This document shows positions 39,524-50,811 of a stretch of DNA of 64,000 nt, piece by piece; position 1 is the first letter of the stretch, and every line of letters begins with the position of its first letter. The notes under the pieces were generated by a model, which saw only the letters and a program-made list of their open reading frames with translations, had not been told where the DNA came from and searched no databases. The stretch covers positions 48,362,001 to 48,426,000 of the forward strand of contig OZ076413.1 in NCBI GenBank assembly GCA_964187785.1. Direction: 5' to 3'. The translations under genes and the position numbers were made by a program. The DNA comes from Amphiscolops sp. MND2022. Taxonomy: Eukaryota.

Positions 39524-41180
39524 CTAATTTGAGGTTTTTAGGTTTGAGGTGGGCTCCAGCGCCTTGCCAACACCGTTCCGCCAGGTGTTTTTTTTATCAC
39601 AAGTCGGGCACTTTGGATACTCTTTTTTGGTTGCGTTGCTTTTTTGGCCGTCATTGCTTTTTTTTCTTCTTTCCTTTTCAGTTTGTGAGATTCCTCCTTT
39701 GTGTGACCTGGTTTTTCTGCAATAGTTGCAAGTAATCCCTGGGTCGATGCCAGAGGAAAGAAGGCCTGTTCCCGGTCGTGTTGCTGTCGGGATTGATGAC
39801 ATTGTTGGTACCGGAATGTCGTCACACTCCTCAAGTCCATTCAGTTCTAATTCTCTTTCCAAATGGGTGACTATTTCCTCATAAGTAGCGTTATCTAGCC
39901 GAGCCATATTGACTGAGCGTTTCAGTTTTGGTGGCAATTTGGCATATAGAAGACTATCGATCATTGCCTGGGCGTTCTCGCCAAACGCTTTTCAGCCCCT
40001 TGATTGAGTTCTTCAAGAAAGTCTGGCACTTTCATGGTGTTTGGGTCAAAGTCTGTGCCACTTGTGTTTGTCTGTCGCCTGGGACTCGGGTTTGACGTAT
40101 TTCCTACGAAATACTGCCAAGATGTCTTCCAACGTTTGCCTGTTTGCCGTGTTAATGTTACGGAATGTTTGGAATGCATTCTTGCGTAACAGTGAATGAA
40201 AATTGTTCATTTTCTTTGCTTCTGTCATATCAGGGTGCATTTTATTCTCTGTGTGAAAGAGGTATTCGAAGAGTTCAAATTTCTCTGACTTTCCGTCAAA
40301 CGTCAGTGTAGTTGTGCTGACTGGGCGTACCATCAGCGTTTGTGCTGATGAACGGTTATTCATGTCGACTAGTACTTCTGTAAGACGGTTATTGGGGTCT
40401 GAAGGGGTAATTTGGCTTGTAGGTTCCTGGACTTGTGAGCCAGGGTCCGAAGACTCATCTACATTGGAGTTTCGACGTTGCAGGGCATAACGGAATTGCA
40501 TAGGCCGTCCAGTGAGGCACTAAGGACAATATGGGTGATAATGTTTGCTCCAGTCGCCATGTCGCGATTTTGTTCGCTTGTATATGAGTCTACTGAACTC
40601 TCTCTAGACATCTGTCTACTATTTTTTTGTGTAAAACACTTTTTGGGACAATTTTCCCACGTTTTCTGGGCATTTCCTCCTTCGGGGTTTCGTTGTAGCC
40701 CACTGGACCTTCGGTCCTCCACGGGTAAATTGGCCGCCTTTGGGCCCACATGTAGCCCGCTTGACCCTTGGTCCACCACTGTAAAATTAGCTCTCCCCCA
40801 CATCTAACGTGTTTTGAATAGAGGGAAGTACTGTCTCAGTAATTGCAGCTGTAATTGCATTTTGTATTTGGGAAATTAGGCTAGTTTTGATTTCATTAAG
40901 CTTCCTTGACATTTGGTTAGTAATTTCCTCGTTAGTCAATCTAGTCGTTTCAAAAGTGTTTTCTCTACTTTTGGTGAGTAGTGACCTAAAGTCTTCACCT
41001 ATTACATTTGAACTTCGTGAGGCCTGCTTGACTCTGAGTACAAATTTATTTCATTTTCACTTTGATCATCTCCCTCATCGTTTCTTGAATAATTCCCCAA
41101 CATAACCTCAACATTTTCGAGTCAGACATGATGTCTAGTTGCCTAGAACGTCTTTCTTTCGCTTTCTGCTTCGGAAAGAT
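39524..41180 (-). pseudogene. gag: gag of element D, starting inside the 5' LTR
   Basis: KQKAKERRSRQLDIMSD near 41170; DMATG across the LTR end; FDGKSEKFELFE; CNYC..H and CPTC knuckles. Confidence 0.85.
40548..40559 (-). promoter_or_regulatory. Putative PBS of D (TGGCGACTGGAG)
   Basis: Directly follows CGCGACA, the inverse of the LTR start TGTCGC. Confidence 0.65.
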
Positions 41181-42117
41181 TCAAGAATCAACGTTAAATT
41201 AACTGAGTGTCTTGGATATATTACAAGATTGTTCAACAAGTACGTAAACACAAATCAATCGTGGATTAGGCTTGCGAACTACTAGTGTCGTTTTGATCAA
41301 GAAGTAGCATCAATGAATGAATGTCCCTCTGGTCCCTNNNNNNNNNNNNNNNNNNNNNNNNNNNNNNNNNNNNNNNNNNNNNNNNNNNNNNNNNNNNNNN
41401 NNNNNNNNNNNNNNNNNNNNNNNNNNNNNNNNNNNNNNNNNNNNNNNNNNNNNNNNNNNNNNNNNNNNNNNNNNNNNNNNNNNNNNNNNNNNNNNNNNNN
41501 NNNNNNNNNNNNNNNNNNNNNNNNNNNNNNNNNNNNNAAAGCAACAATGCGTGGAGGTGAATTCAGAATTTACAACGAAGCGGACTATTGGTCCGTCCGA
41601 CTACAGTGATGTACTTAAATGCACTATTAGCACCTACCACGAAATAATTCAACCGAGGCGGACTACAAGTCCTGTGGCTACATCGTACTAATACAATTGC
41701 TCCAATTTGATTGGACAATTAAATCAGGACAGCGAGTACATTGAGTTAAAATAAAAGCTCACACGAACTCGTTTCCTAATTGCGTTCGATTGCTAAATAT
41801 TTGCCAAACCTTTACATTGATTCACCTTACAAATCGACATTCCGTCAACTAACTGCAGTTCAACAAAATCAGCACAGATAGTAACTTACTAAGTATTGCT
41901 CTTTTTATCTAAAAAAATAATATTGCTGAGGCCGTGAAGACCAATGGTCCTTCACGGTAAACTTCAAAGGAATATAAGTAGCAACAAAAATACATGTAGT
42001 TTATGATACTTTCGATCCTTGTTTCTTTAAATGGGGGCACCCCTGGAGGTGGGTTAGAATTGTCTCCTTCCAGTGAAATTTGGTAAAGATTACCGTCACA
42101 GGCGGCAGCCTGCGACG
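40560..42117 (-). repeat. 5' LTR of D (about 1.56 kb, spans the gap)
   Basis: (T/C)GTCGCAGGCTGCCGCCTGTGACGG ... CGCGACA followed by the PBS. Confidence 0.75.
41338..41537. other. Assembly gap (200 N)
   Basis: Run of N. Confidence 1.
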
Positions 42118-43699
42118 CAAGCATAAATAAAAATTTTTTGAAGTCTCACAGGTCCAAAAAAAGCAAACCATTGAAAACATCAAAAAAATTCGGGGAAAAA
42201 AGTTTCACAGCGCCGAAAAAACAGTAACACCAGACCTTGAGTTGTCTAGCAACGCACCTTTGGAAGCACCAGAGATTTCTTGTTAGTAAGGTAGGAAGGC
42301 TTTGAAAAATTTTCTAGAAGTGGACCCTTCAGTCTGGTGTCCGAAGAAAAACATCACTGTAAGAGTAGGGCACTTTTCGTCCACACAGAAAACGCTGACT
42401 AAAAAAGGTAATATATTACGCACATAACTTACTTATTCCGGAGCTTTTGCGTTTTCTTCTACCTGTCGTCTATTAGTTCGTGGTTCGAGTATCCCCAATG
42501 CCGCTCTTCATCTTTTCATATCGATTTAAACTTACAACATCATTAGATTAGTAAAGCTTCGAAAGTTCTTTTTGTGTTTTTTGGCACTGTGTAGCTTTCG
42601 TTCACCATTATTTTTAATAGGCAACTTAATATTTTGATATCTTTTGTACTTTCAAAGTTTTCTTTTTAAAGTCCCAAAGAATCCCCCTTTCGAATTGTTT
42701 TGTCAGTGGGATTTTCCATAGCTTTCTTAAATGCCACTCCTGAGCATATGCGTCTTGTTTCAGAAGCGCCAACTTGAAAACTTGTTTGTGTACAATAAAC
42801 AAAAGCAGAAATTCGTTGCTCTTTCTAGGACACAACAAAGTTGATTCTCGAATCAACCTCGTAACAAACTCCTCACAAACCGATACTTAAAATTAAAGAC
42901 AGGTAGTTTCGAAAAGGTAGTTGATTATTATTGAACCAATGGACAAAATCTCAGCATTATTGCGAATGTATTGATCGGTTCAATAGACTATTAAAGAATT
43001 CCAAAATTTTTGGAATTTCTTTCTTAGTTCCAAAGAATAGCGAATTTCCGAAATGTCCGTTGGTCAATCGATTTTTTCATTCGTCTGTTCAGACAAGGGC
43101 TCTGACAACGCAACTGAAAATTGATTGGTCTCTGAAAAACGACATTGTGTGACATCACAATTCATCGAAGTTGGTTGAACAAAAAAATTTTTTTGTATTC
43201 TCTCAATTGTTGCAATAATTGAGAGAATACAATAACGTTCTTTTTGGCATTAATGAATGTTAAGTTTTTCCATTGCAATATTCTGGCGCCGTATTGAAAT
43301 AATTGTTTGTTTTTGATTGATCAACAAACGTTTTTGAAATTGAAAAGTTGGGCCTTTTTAGTTTCGATGATTTGAGGCCTGTCACAGAATGTTTTCATAG
43401 TGAGAATTGGAGACATTCAAAATTATATTCTGTTTGAATTACTTCCTGTTTGAAAAGGGAAATACTGAGTCCGCAAGTACTGATGAACCAGATAGTAGTT
43501 AACTGTCAAGATAGTTATTACCTCAATGGTGGTCATTAATGAATGAATACCTTTCAAAATACAAGATATTCAAATATGGAATATAGATGTTTCTGGAAAA
43601 CCGGCGGCATCTCGGACAAAAAGCCAACATTGCCAGAAAATTTAAAATTTCATATTTAGTCCAGTTTCTCAACAGCCTGAGAATATTTTTTGTAGTATT

Positions 43700-45030
43700 T
43701 GTTACGGCTGTTTACCGGAGTTGTTTTAGAGTTAGTCGCAATTGTTGTTTTAACAGGTGTTGACGTTCTAGTTACGGAGATATTCTCAGGCTCAGAATCA
43801 CAATCCTGGTTGTTCAGATGGACTTGCTGTTTTTTATTCAATGGTGTTATGAGTTTTTACTTTTCTTTTTGGTTTTCGACTAGCATCTTTGCTAAATCAG
43901 ACTTAATCTCTTTTCTCAAAGACGTCTTTATCTCGTATAAGTTCTCAGCTTATATTCTAGGAGACTTACTAGAACTTGCTACACGATTTTCAGAAGGACT
44001 ATTCTCAGCTACAGAGGTATCAAAATCTCCAGAAGCTAGCTCAGCTACTGCTTTCCTTTTCTGACTTCTAGTTGTCAGTTTTCAGTTGAAAAATAGAGTC
44101 TTCGGCAAGAGGTTAATTCTTCGAAGAAAGTTTTAGTTTTCGTTGAAACAACGGAACAATTAAGGGGTGAAAAATAAAGGACTAACTATATTTACATGTA
44201 AGTTTTTCATATTTATACCTTTTCAGCATCATTTGTTCCTCACCTAAAAATTCCTAGGTATCCCAATCGGGTTTGTTCATCAAAAAGCGCTGATGATTCA
44301 AATTATTTCAATCCGGCGTCATAAAATTATGTATCGAAATTCCTAGGTGCGTCGCTATTCCGTAAAATCTTGTTGAAATCTTTTTTGTTCAGGCAATTCC
44401 ACTCCCTGTTTGAGCTTCAAAATTGCGGTAATTAAAAAGTCTAGTTGACACTTTCATTAGCGTAGCCACGCCGGCGTGATCAATTAGTCAATTTCCAACT
44501 TAGGAAGTTGAGATTCGAACCAAAAGAATGACTCGCAAAAAGTGTGACGGAATCGAAGCGGATCAAAGAGAATTCGAGAATGGGAATATTAGATTATTTT
44601 ACCAGGGAACAAACGATGCTGGAAAGACATAATGGTGTATATTTACATCGAAACGCAAATTTGACCTATACGTGGCCTTAACGGAAGAAATACAAAAATA
44701 CAAAATTTGGTGTACAAATGGGCAGAACAGTATTCTCCACAAACATCGATTATTTAAATCATGAACAAACAGAACAATATTCAACACAAATATCGACTGG
44801 GGTTGACAATGAATATGAGTAGACTCTAGAGTGATAACTTCATCCATCATGGCAATTCAACTTACAGAGATAGAACGCTTAGATCTAAATTAACATTGAC
44901 CCTACGTTACGTTCTGTGGAATATCTCTGTGATAGATTAATTAAAACTAGACATATGAAAAATCCTGGTGTAACGTAAGGTAGACGTGACTATGAGACTA
45001 ATGTAGTAGCACAATGTCACTGGTGTCACA
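43700..45030 (-). mobile_element. Probable solo LTR of a lineage-2 relative, containing a gag N-terminal remnant
   Basis: TGTGAC...GTAACA termini; flanks GTATT/GTTTT (4/5 TSD); remnant TTRSQKRKAVAELAS...TTPVNSRN ends at the LTR end. Confidence 0.6.
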
Positions 45031-45804
45031 GTTTTTAATTCTTCCTTACAGTACAGCTTTCCTTGTATGAAAACTTATCTCTAAAATTCTTTTAGGTGCG
45101 TCGATTCAAGAAAAAACCTCGTTTGAAATTCGTTTGAATCAGTACTCTAGAGCTACAATCTTACAATACGCTCCGTAGATGCTTCGTACGTATTAAGAAT
45201 AATTATAGCTATTCAGTGGAACACATTTTTACAATCTGCTCCGTAGTCGCTCCGTACGTATTAAGATTAGTTAAAGCTGAGCAGCGGTGGCTGATGGAGA
45301 GAAAGCGGAGAGCTTAGTTGATTTCATTCTCATTCTCTCAGCTAGTTGGCTTTGCTAGGGGCAACCAAGCATGATTCTATTAGCTTGAGCTGAAATAATT
45401 CAATCAAGGAGCGACGCTTTTGGTCCGTGAAAATAGAAACACCCGTTACTAGCTAAGTTGAGTGACGCTGTCATAACGTTGTTAACATTTGCTTAAAATC
45501 ACTTAATTGAGATTTTAAGTGGATATTGACAACTACGTTAAGACTGGAGAACAATTTCTTTATAGTATCTTGTATGTTCTTTTCATTTTAGATTGTATGA
45601 ACACCGTTGGGATCACGGCGTTAAATGTTTTTGTTAATGTTTTCATTTTAGTGTGAAGAAGAAAAAAATGATCCCATTTTGGAAATTGTTTCTGTTTTGA
45701 TATGTAGATGGGTATGGAAATTTCAGAAGAAGAAACCGGAAATAGAGAGTAGCTTTACATGTGAAAACATTAGACCGTAAGTTTTAGCTAATTTCAATAA
45801 TTTC

Positions 45805-46108
45805 TGTGATGATCATCTTGTCTGCGGTCTTCATTTATGACTACAGAGTCATTTAGATCAATGTTTTGCATGCTCAAAGTTTGTATTGGCGTTCTAAGTT
45901 CGTTTAAATTAGATGGCCTGAAAGGAATATCCAGTATTTCACATTCTTGATTTTCTGGCTCAGATGCGTTTTCTTCACCGTCCTCATTACTTGTGTATTT
46001 CGAGGTCCCTGCTCTAGGGGTGTTTTGTTCTCGGCATCGTCTCTTCGGCACAGACTGTGTTCTTCTGTTATTTCTTTCTGTGCTTGAAGGGGAGCGTCGC
46101 GCTTCCAA
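45805..46108 (-). mobile_element. 3' end fragment of a G-like LTR
   Basis: ELRTPI...LNDSVVINEDRRQDDHH matches G ELRQPY...LDESIIINENRHEKADHH; both end GATCATCACA. Confidence 0.75.
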
Positions 46109-47621
46109 ATGTCAAATACCAGAAGTAGTGGTATCCTCTGGGCGTTGTCGATTTTAATTGTGGAATATTGGGAGTTACTTCCCTCACTGGGGCGTTATGG
46201 GCCTTAGTCGACTCCCCGAGTCTGTCAGCTTTAAGTTTCCATTGCATGTTCAGTATGAAATGTTTCAGATTTTTCCAACAACTTTTGCTCAGCAAACTGT
46301 CAAGTATTTTACCGAGTTTACAACGGCTTCAGGCCTCGAAACAATAAATATTATATTTGAGTTTTCCTGCACTTCTATATTCAGAGTGAGTAAATTAGTT
46401 TTGACTCAAAGTTCCCCGGCAGAGAAAGCTATCATACGAGACACGTTTGTGTTCATTGCTGGCCATGGGTGCTTTTGGTAAAATTCTCTGGATTTCTCTG
46501 ATTATGATGAGAATTTTCATTATTAAATACATGTATCCACCCATTTCAATTTCATCAAAGTCATTCGGAACGAAAAGAAACAATTGGTTAGTTTTTTGCA
46601 TTCAAATGAGGCAAGTTTGTTGCCACACGTGGCGATAGATGGTGAGTGGGTAGTCTTCAGCAGTTTGCCGTAGGATAACAGTAGGAATTGGTTCTTGTTC
46701 AGCCTTTCGGCAGACAATTGGTATAACGAAGGAACGTATCTTACACAAATTTAATTTTTTAGAAGGTCCGCGATGTAAGTGAACTTGTGGTTCATCATTC
46801 CTTCAAAAACATCCAAAATTCAAAAACTTTTTGTACGAAACTCACGACAGTTGCAGAGAAAAAAAAGAGAAAATATCGATTCAAATGTTAAGCGTCGTGG
46901 GGCCTCCGAGTTTTTTTTTACTTCGGTGCCTGCTCTTCATCTTCCCAGAGCAAGCTACGGTATTATACTGGCAGCAATTGGTAAAGCCATCGTCGTCTTC
47001 AAACTGAGATCGCAAAAAAACTTGCTCGAGGTCACAAGGCTCTGGCTGCTGGTTGATGCTCTTTCGTTCTGTTCAACAAAAGTGTTTTTCTCATGACCAT
47101 AGCTGTACGTTCGGAATAAAACACTTGTTCAGAACCCAAACATTGAGTTCTAAGAGCTTTAACCATAGCATAAGAACACAGGCTAAAAGCTCTGATCACT
47201 GCGCAATGATTACCTAAAATTTGGATCTTATTGGTTCATTGTAAACCTATACTAACCAGGTGGTTGATTTGATTCCAAGTTCCATTATCACCATACCACA
47301 AGAAACGTCCAAAAATTTAGCAAGAAGTCGTCAAATTTTGTTTTCTTTTGGTTCAATAGGGCATCTTTTCCGAAACTTCGTAAACTTTATCTCCAAAAGT
47401 GTTCAATGTTGCCAAAAACGTCATTCCTCAACGCAATTCCTCAACGCAAAAACCACTAAATTGCAAAGATGATACAAAGATTGCACAAATTGTTCTAAAA
47501 TGAGTAATTTGTGTCTTCATTGCCATTTTCTGGACGCTTTATAGCAATTGAAAATCAAAGGCGATAATTTTCTCAAAAAAGAATGCTAAAAACTAGCTGA
47601 TTCGTCCCAGAAAAATAGGGA

Positions 47622-49592
47622 TGTCGCAGGCTGCCGCCTGTGACGGAACGAACTACACCACTACGGCTGACAATAAAGAAATAGTACCCGGAACCCTACC
47701 CCTCTATTAAAACACAAAACTACTAAAACTTCCCTTTGCTTATTTTATTTCATTTTGATTGAATCATTTGAATAACACACTTTCACTATAATCATGAGTC
47801 CGTTAACTATTGTTGCTGGATGTTCAAGATGATTGAAAAATTTGTAAAATCACTGAATGTAAAGATGTATAAAGCAAGCTTAACATGAGACACAGAGGCG
47901 AAGCGGTGCTTCGCAGCACATGACGAAGACATCGACTATTTTAATTTGCGTATTTATAATAGTTTAATCGCAGGCGTATATATTCAACAGTTCAACTTTG
48001 TTCAATACCGTCCCTATGGCACAGTGGTCAACACGTATGCCGTGCAATCGGGAGGCTGCAGGTTCGACTCTCTCTGGGGTTTTGGGTTTTTTCTAGAAGG
48101 CGCTCATTATGAAGTTGACTATAGTGGAAAAAAACTTACTTAGCTGAACAGCAATGCACATTGACTTCGTCATGTGCAAAAGGAAACGTGTTCGAGTGCG
48201 GAAATGTACTTCCTCGGCAGCGTAGCCTACAACTCATAAACCAGCCAATCATAGCGCAGTATTCTATTGTCATTTTCAATTTCTATTAATACAGGCCGGT
48301 TATGGCCACTTGACTAGACTGTGTTAACATTGAAGAGGACGTTAGTCAAATGGCCGGATAAGGCCAATTATGCTTTTAATCATATGTACTGTGCTATACC
48401 ATTAGTAATGACGTAAGAGTACACAATTAGTGTCTAAATTACGTTACTTTGCTTATTTCACTGAATGAAGCTCACTAAAACAATGATTAGATATTTGAAG
48501 TTGCAACCACTTATACTCAGATTCTTTGATCAAAACAAGTGACTATTGTGCCCACTTTTGGGCAAAAGCCCTATCCTGACCATTTTGATATTGATGATTA
48601 GAACATGAAATTGTTGCTAGATACATATAATCAGACACATGTTAATTACGTACTCAGCTATATAATCAAGAACGTTATTACATATTTCTAATGCCATTGT
48701 GGAGTTCTCGGCATTGGAATTTGATTTTGATACCATAAATTGATATAGTTCCCTCAGGCCGGAACTGACCAAATTCCTAAGGTGCTTTGATGTTGTTGAC
48801 ATCGCTAGTAAAGCCAAGTGCTAACACCAAAACTTTAACTAAGTCATGTGCTTTTTATGGAAATTGTCACCTAGAATCATATGATGCCCTGTTCGGTGAA
48901 ATGTAGATGGAATGCCGTTTTATATTCATAATCACGTAAAAAATTCAAATGTGACGCTGACGGGACTATATATAACGGAAGCACCCAGAAGCGGACACCA
49001 TTTTGGTTTTATCACTACTATACGGTTGTATTCACTCGAGCTACTTTATTCTAAAAAGGCCTTTTCTGACTAGAAAATTACATTATTCGTAATCGGATTT
49101 TCTTGATGCCTACAACGAGGAAGCAAAAGAAAGCGAGAAAGTCGAGAGAAGCTTAAATGCTTTCAGACCTTGAAAATCTCGATATCGTGCTAGAAGGAAA
49201 TCATTTAGAGAGAGAAGAAAACGAGATTAGCAATTCTGGCAGAAGACCAGTTACGATATATTAGCGAATCAAGTTGGTAATTCCCCAAAATGGACATAAT
49301 TCGATGGAAACAGATTCAGGCAGTGAACTAAACAAGTGATCAGGAGAACTCTGTAAGCTCCCAAACATGAAGAGCAATAAAAGAGGCTAAAAGTGATCAA
49401 ATTCTGCCTCAAAGATAGGCTTCTTTGAGAGCCGGACAGGGCCACGTGCCCGAAAGAAGGTGGGAAGTTCCGGCTAAAAGGACAAATCTGAAAAGTGCTT
49501 AAGCCGCAGTTTCAGAGGTCGTTCTAGGGATGACTATCAGAGAGCCTCGAGTAGAAATGACGACTCAGAAAGTGGACAAGAGAGTAATGACA
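47622..49592 (+). repeat. 5' LTR of E (1971 bp)
   Basis: TGTCGC...AATGACA then TGGTGAC (49593); TATATATAA near 48967; gag ATG at 49106 inside the LTR. Confidence 0.7.
48010..48082 (+). ncRNA. Degenerate tRNA-like sequence (Pol III A and B boxes) inside the E LTR
   Basis: A box TGGCACAGTGG 48017-48027, B box GGTTCGACTC 48061-48070, T runs downstream; stems pair poorly. Confidence 0.5.
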
Positions 49593-50598
49593 TGGTGACA
49601 TGAAACAAAGAATCTCCAAACCTAGTCCCTGAGTTCTTAATCGGACGAATCCCATCAAGGACAACATTCAACCAACCGGCCCGTGATCAAGCTGACCTCC
49701 TCAATACCACCCTGCCTGCAACAGAACAAACGCCCTCATCCAGAATCGTCCAACAGTCCAACAACAATTCACAATCCGCCCAGTCAGCTCTAGCACAAGG
49801 ACTTTCGACAGCAAATGTGAGAAAATCGAGTTGATCGAGGATCTATTCCACACAATGATCAAGACGCAGCCAGGGATGTCTGAGCAGATGAAAAGTAACC
49901 ACTTTCACTCACTTCTCCGGAAAGGAACACTGCAGACATTCAGAAATATCAGCACGGCCAATAGACAAACTCTTGAGGACGTATTAGTTGTTTTCAGGCG
50001 CAAATACGTCAAACCAGAGTCACAAGCGACAACCAAACATAAATGGCACCGCTTGGTGTTTGACCCCAATACCATGAAACTACCAGAATTCCTTGAAGAA
50101 TTGAATCAAAGGGCAGAAAAAGCGTTTGGAGACAAAGCCCAAAAAATTAATGACAGCCTCTTGCACGCTAAACTGCCCCCAAAGTTGAAAAGATCAGTCA
50201 ATAAGGCCAGACTCGAAAATGGCCCTTACGATGAAATCGTAGCCCATTTCGAGAGTGAATTAGAGCTCAATGCTCTCGAGGAGTCAGATGACCTACCAAT
50301 GGCAACAATGACTTCTTCAGCAAGTAAACCGAAAACGACCCTCTCCAATGGGCCATCGTCCGATTTCACCTGCAATTACTGCAAGGAAAAGGGCCACATG
50401 GTCAAGGACTGTGAGAAATTGAAGAAGAAAAAGGATGCCCAAAACGCCAAACCGACCCCGAAGAAAACATACCCTGAGTGTGGGACTTGTGGCAAAAAGA
50501 ATCACCCGGAAGAACGATGTTGGCGAGGTGCAGGTGCATACAACATTACATACAACAATACCCATTTGTACGCGAAACCAATTCAATATGGGACCTGA
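49106..50598 (+). pseudogene. gag: gag of element E
   Basis: MPTTRKQKKARKSREA; DMVT at the LTR end; CNYCKEKGHMVKDC and CGTCGKKNHPEERC. Confidence 0.9.
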
Positions 50599-50811
50599 TT
50601 ACACAACAAACTTCAGTAGCCGACTCCATTACGATACATATGCCGCAACGAACTAGTAAGATCTTGCTAGTACGATTAACAGCCAATAGAAACGCGTTAT
50701 TATTTCTGAGTCAGTCCCATTCCTTTAACCGACGATTATAACTCAATATACATCGACCCAGATTTTGGCCGAGATCCCTATTGTTACACAGAAACTTATA
50801 AAGAGGATCTA

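Larger units (their letters stand above)
27888..42117 (-). mobile_element. Element D: Ty3/Gypsy with long LTRs, antisense cargo gene and ORF-X (>14 kb)
   Basis: Direct repeat 27888-28394 / 41614-42117 (LTRs); gag with two CCHC-type knuckles; PR-RT-RH-IN; about 6 kb of extra 3' internal sequence. Confidence 0.88.

Noticed and set aside
41266..41691. ORFs spanning the N run
   Set aside because: Artefacts of the assembly gap.
45160..45285. Two roughly 50-bp direct repeats (GCTCCGTAG...CGTACGTATTAAGA)
   Set aside because: Real, but only two copies and no assignable element.
46110..47260. Possible coding remnant
   Set aside because: Only short broken frames and no motif I can recognise.
48010..48082. 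Functional tRNA gene
   Set aside because: Acceptor, anticodon and T stems pair poorly.
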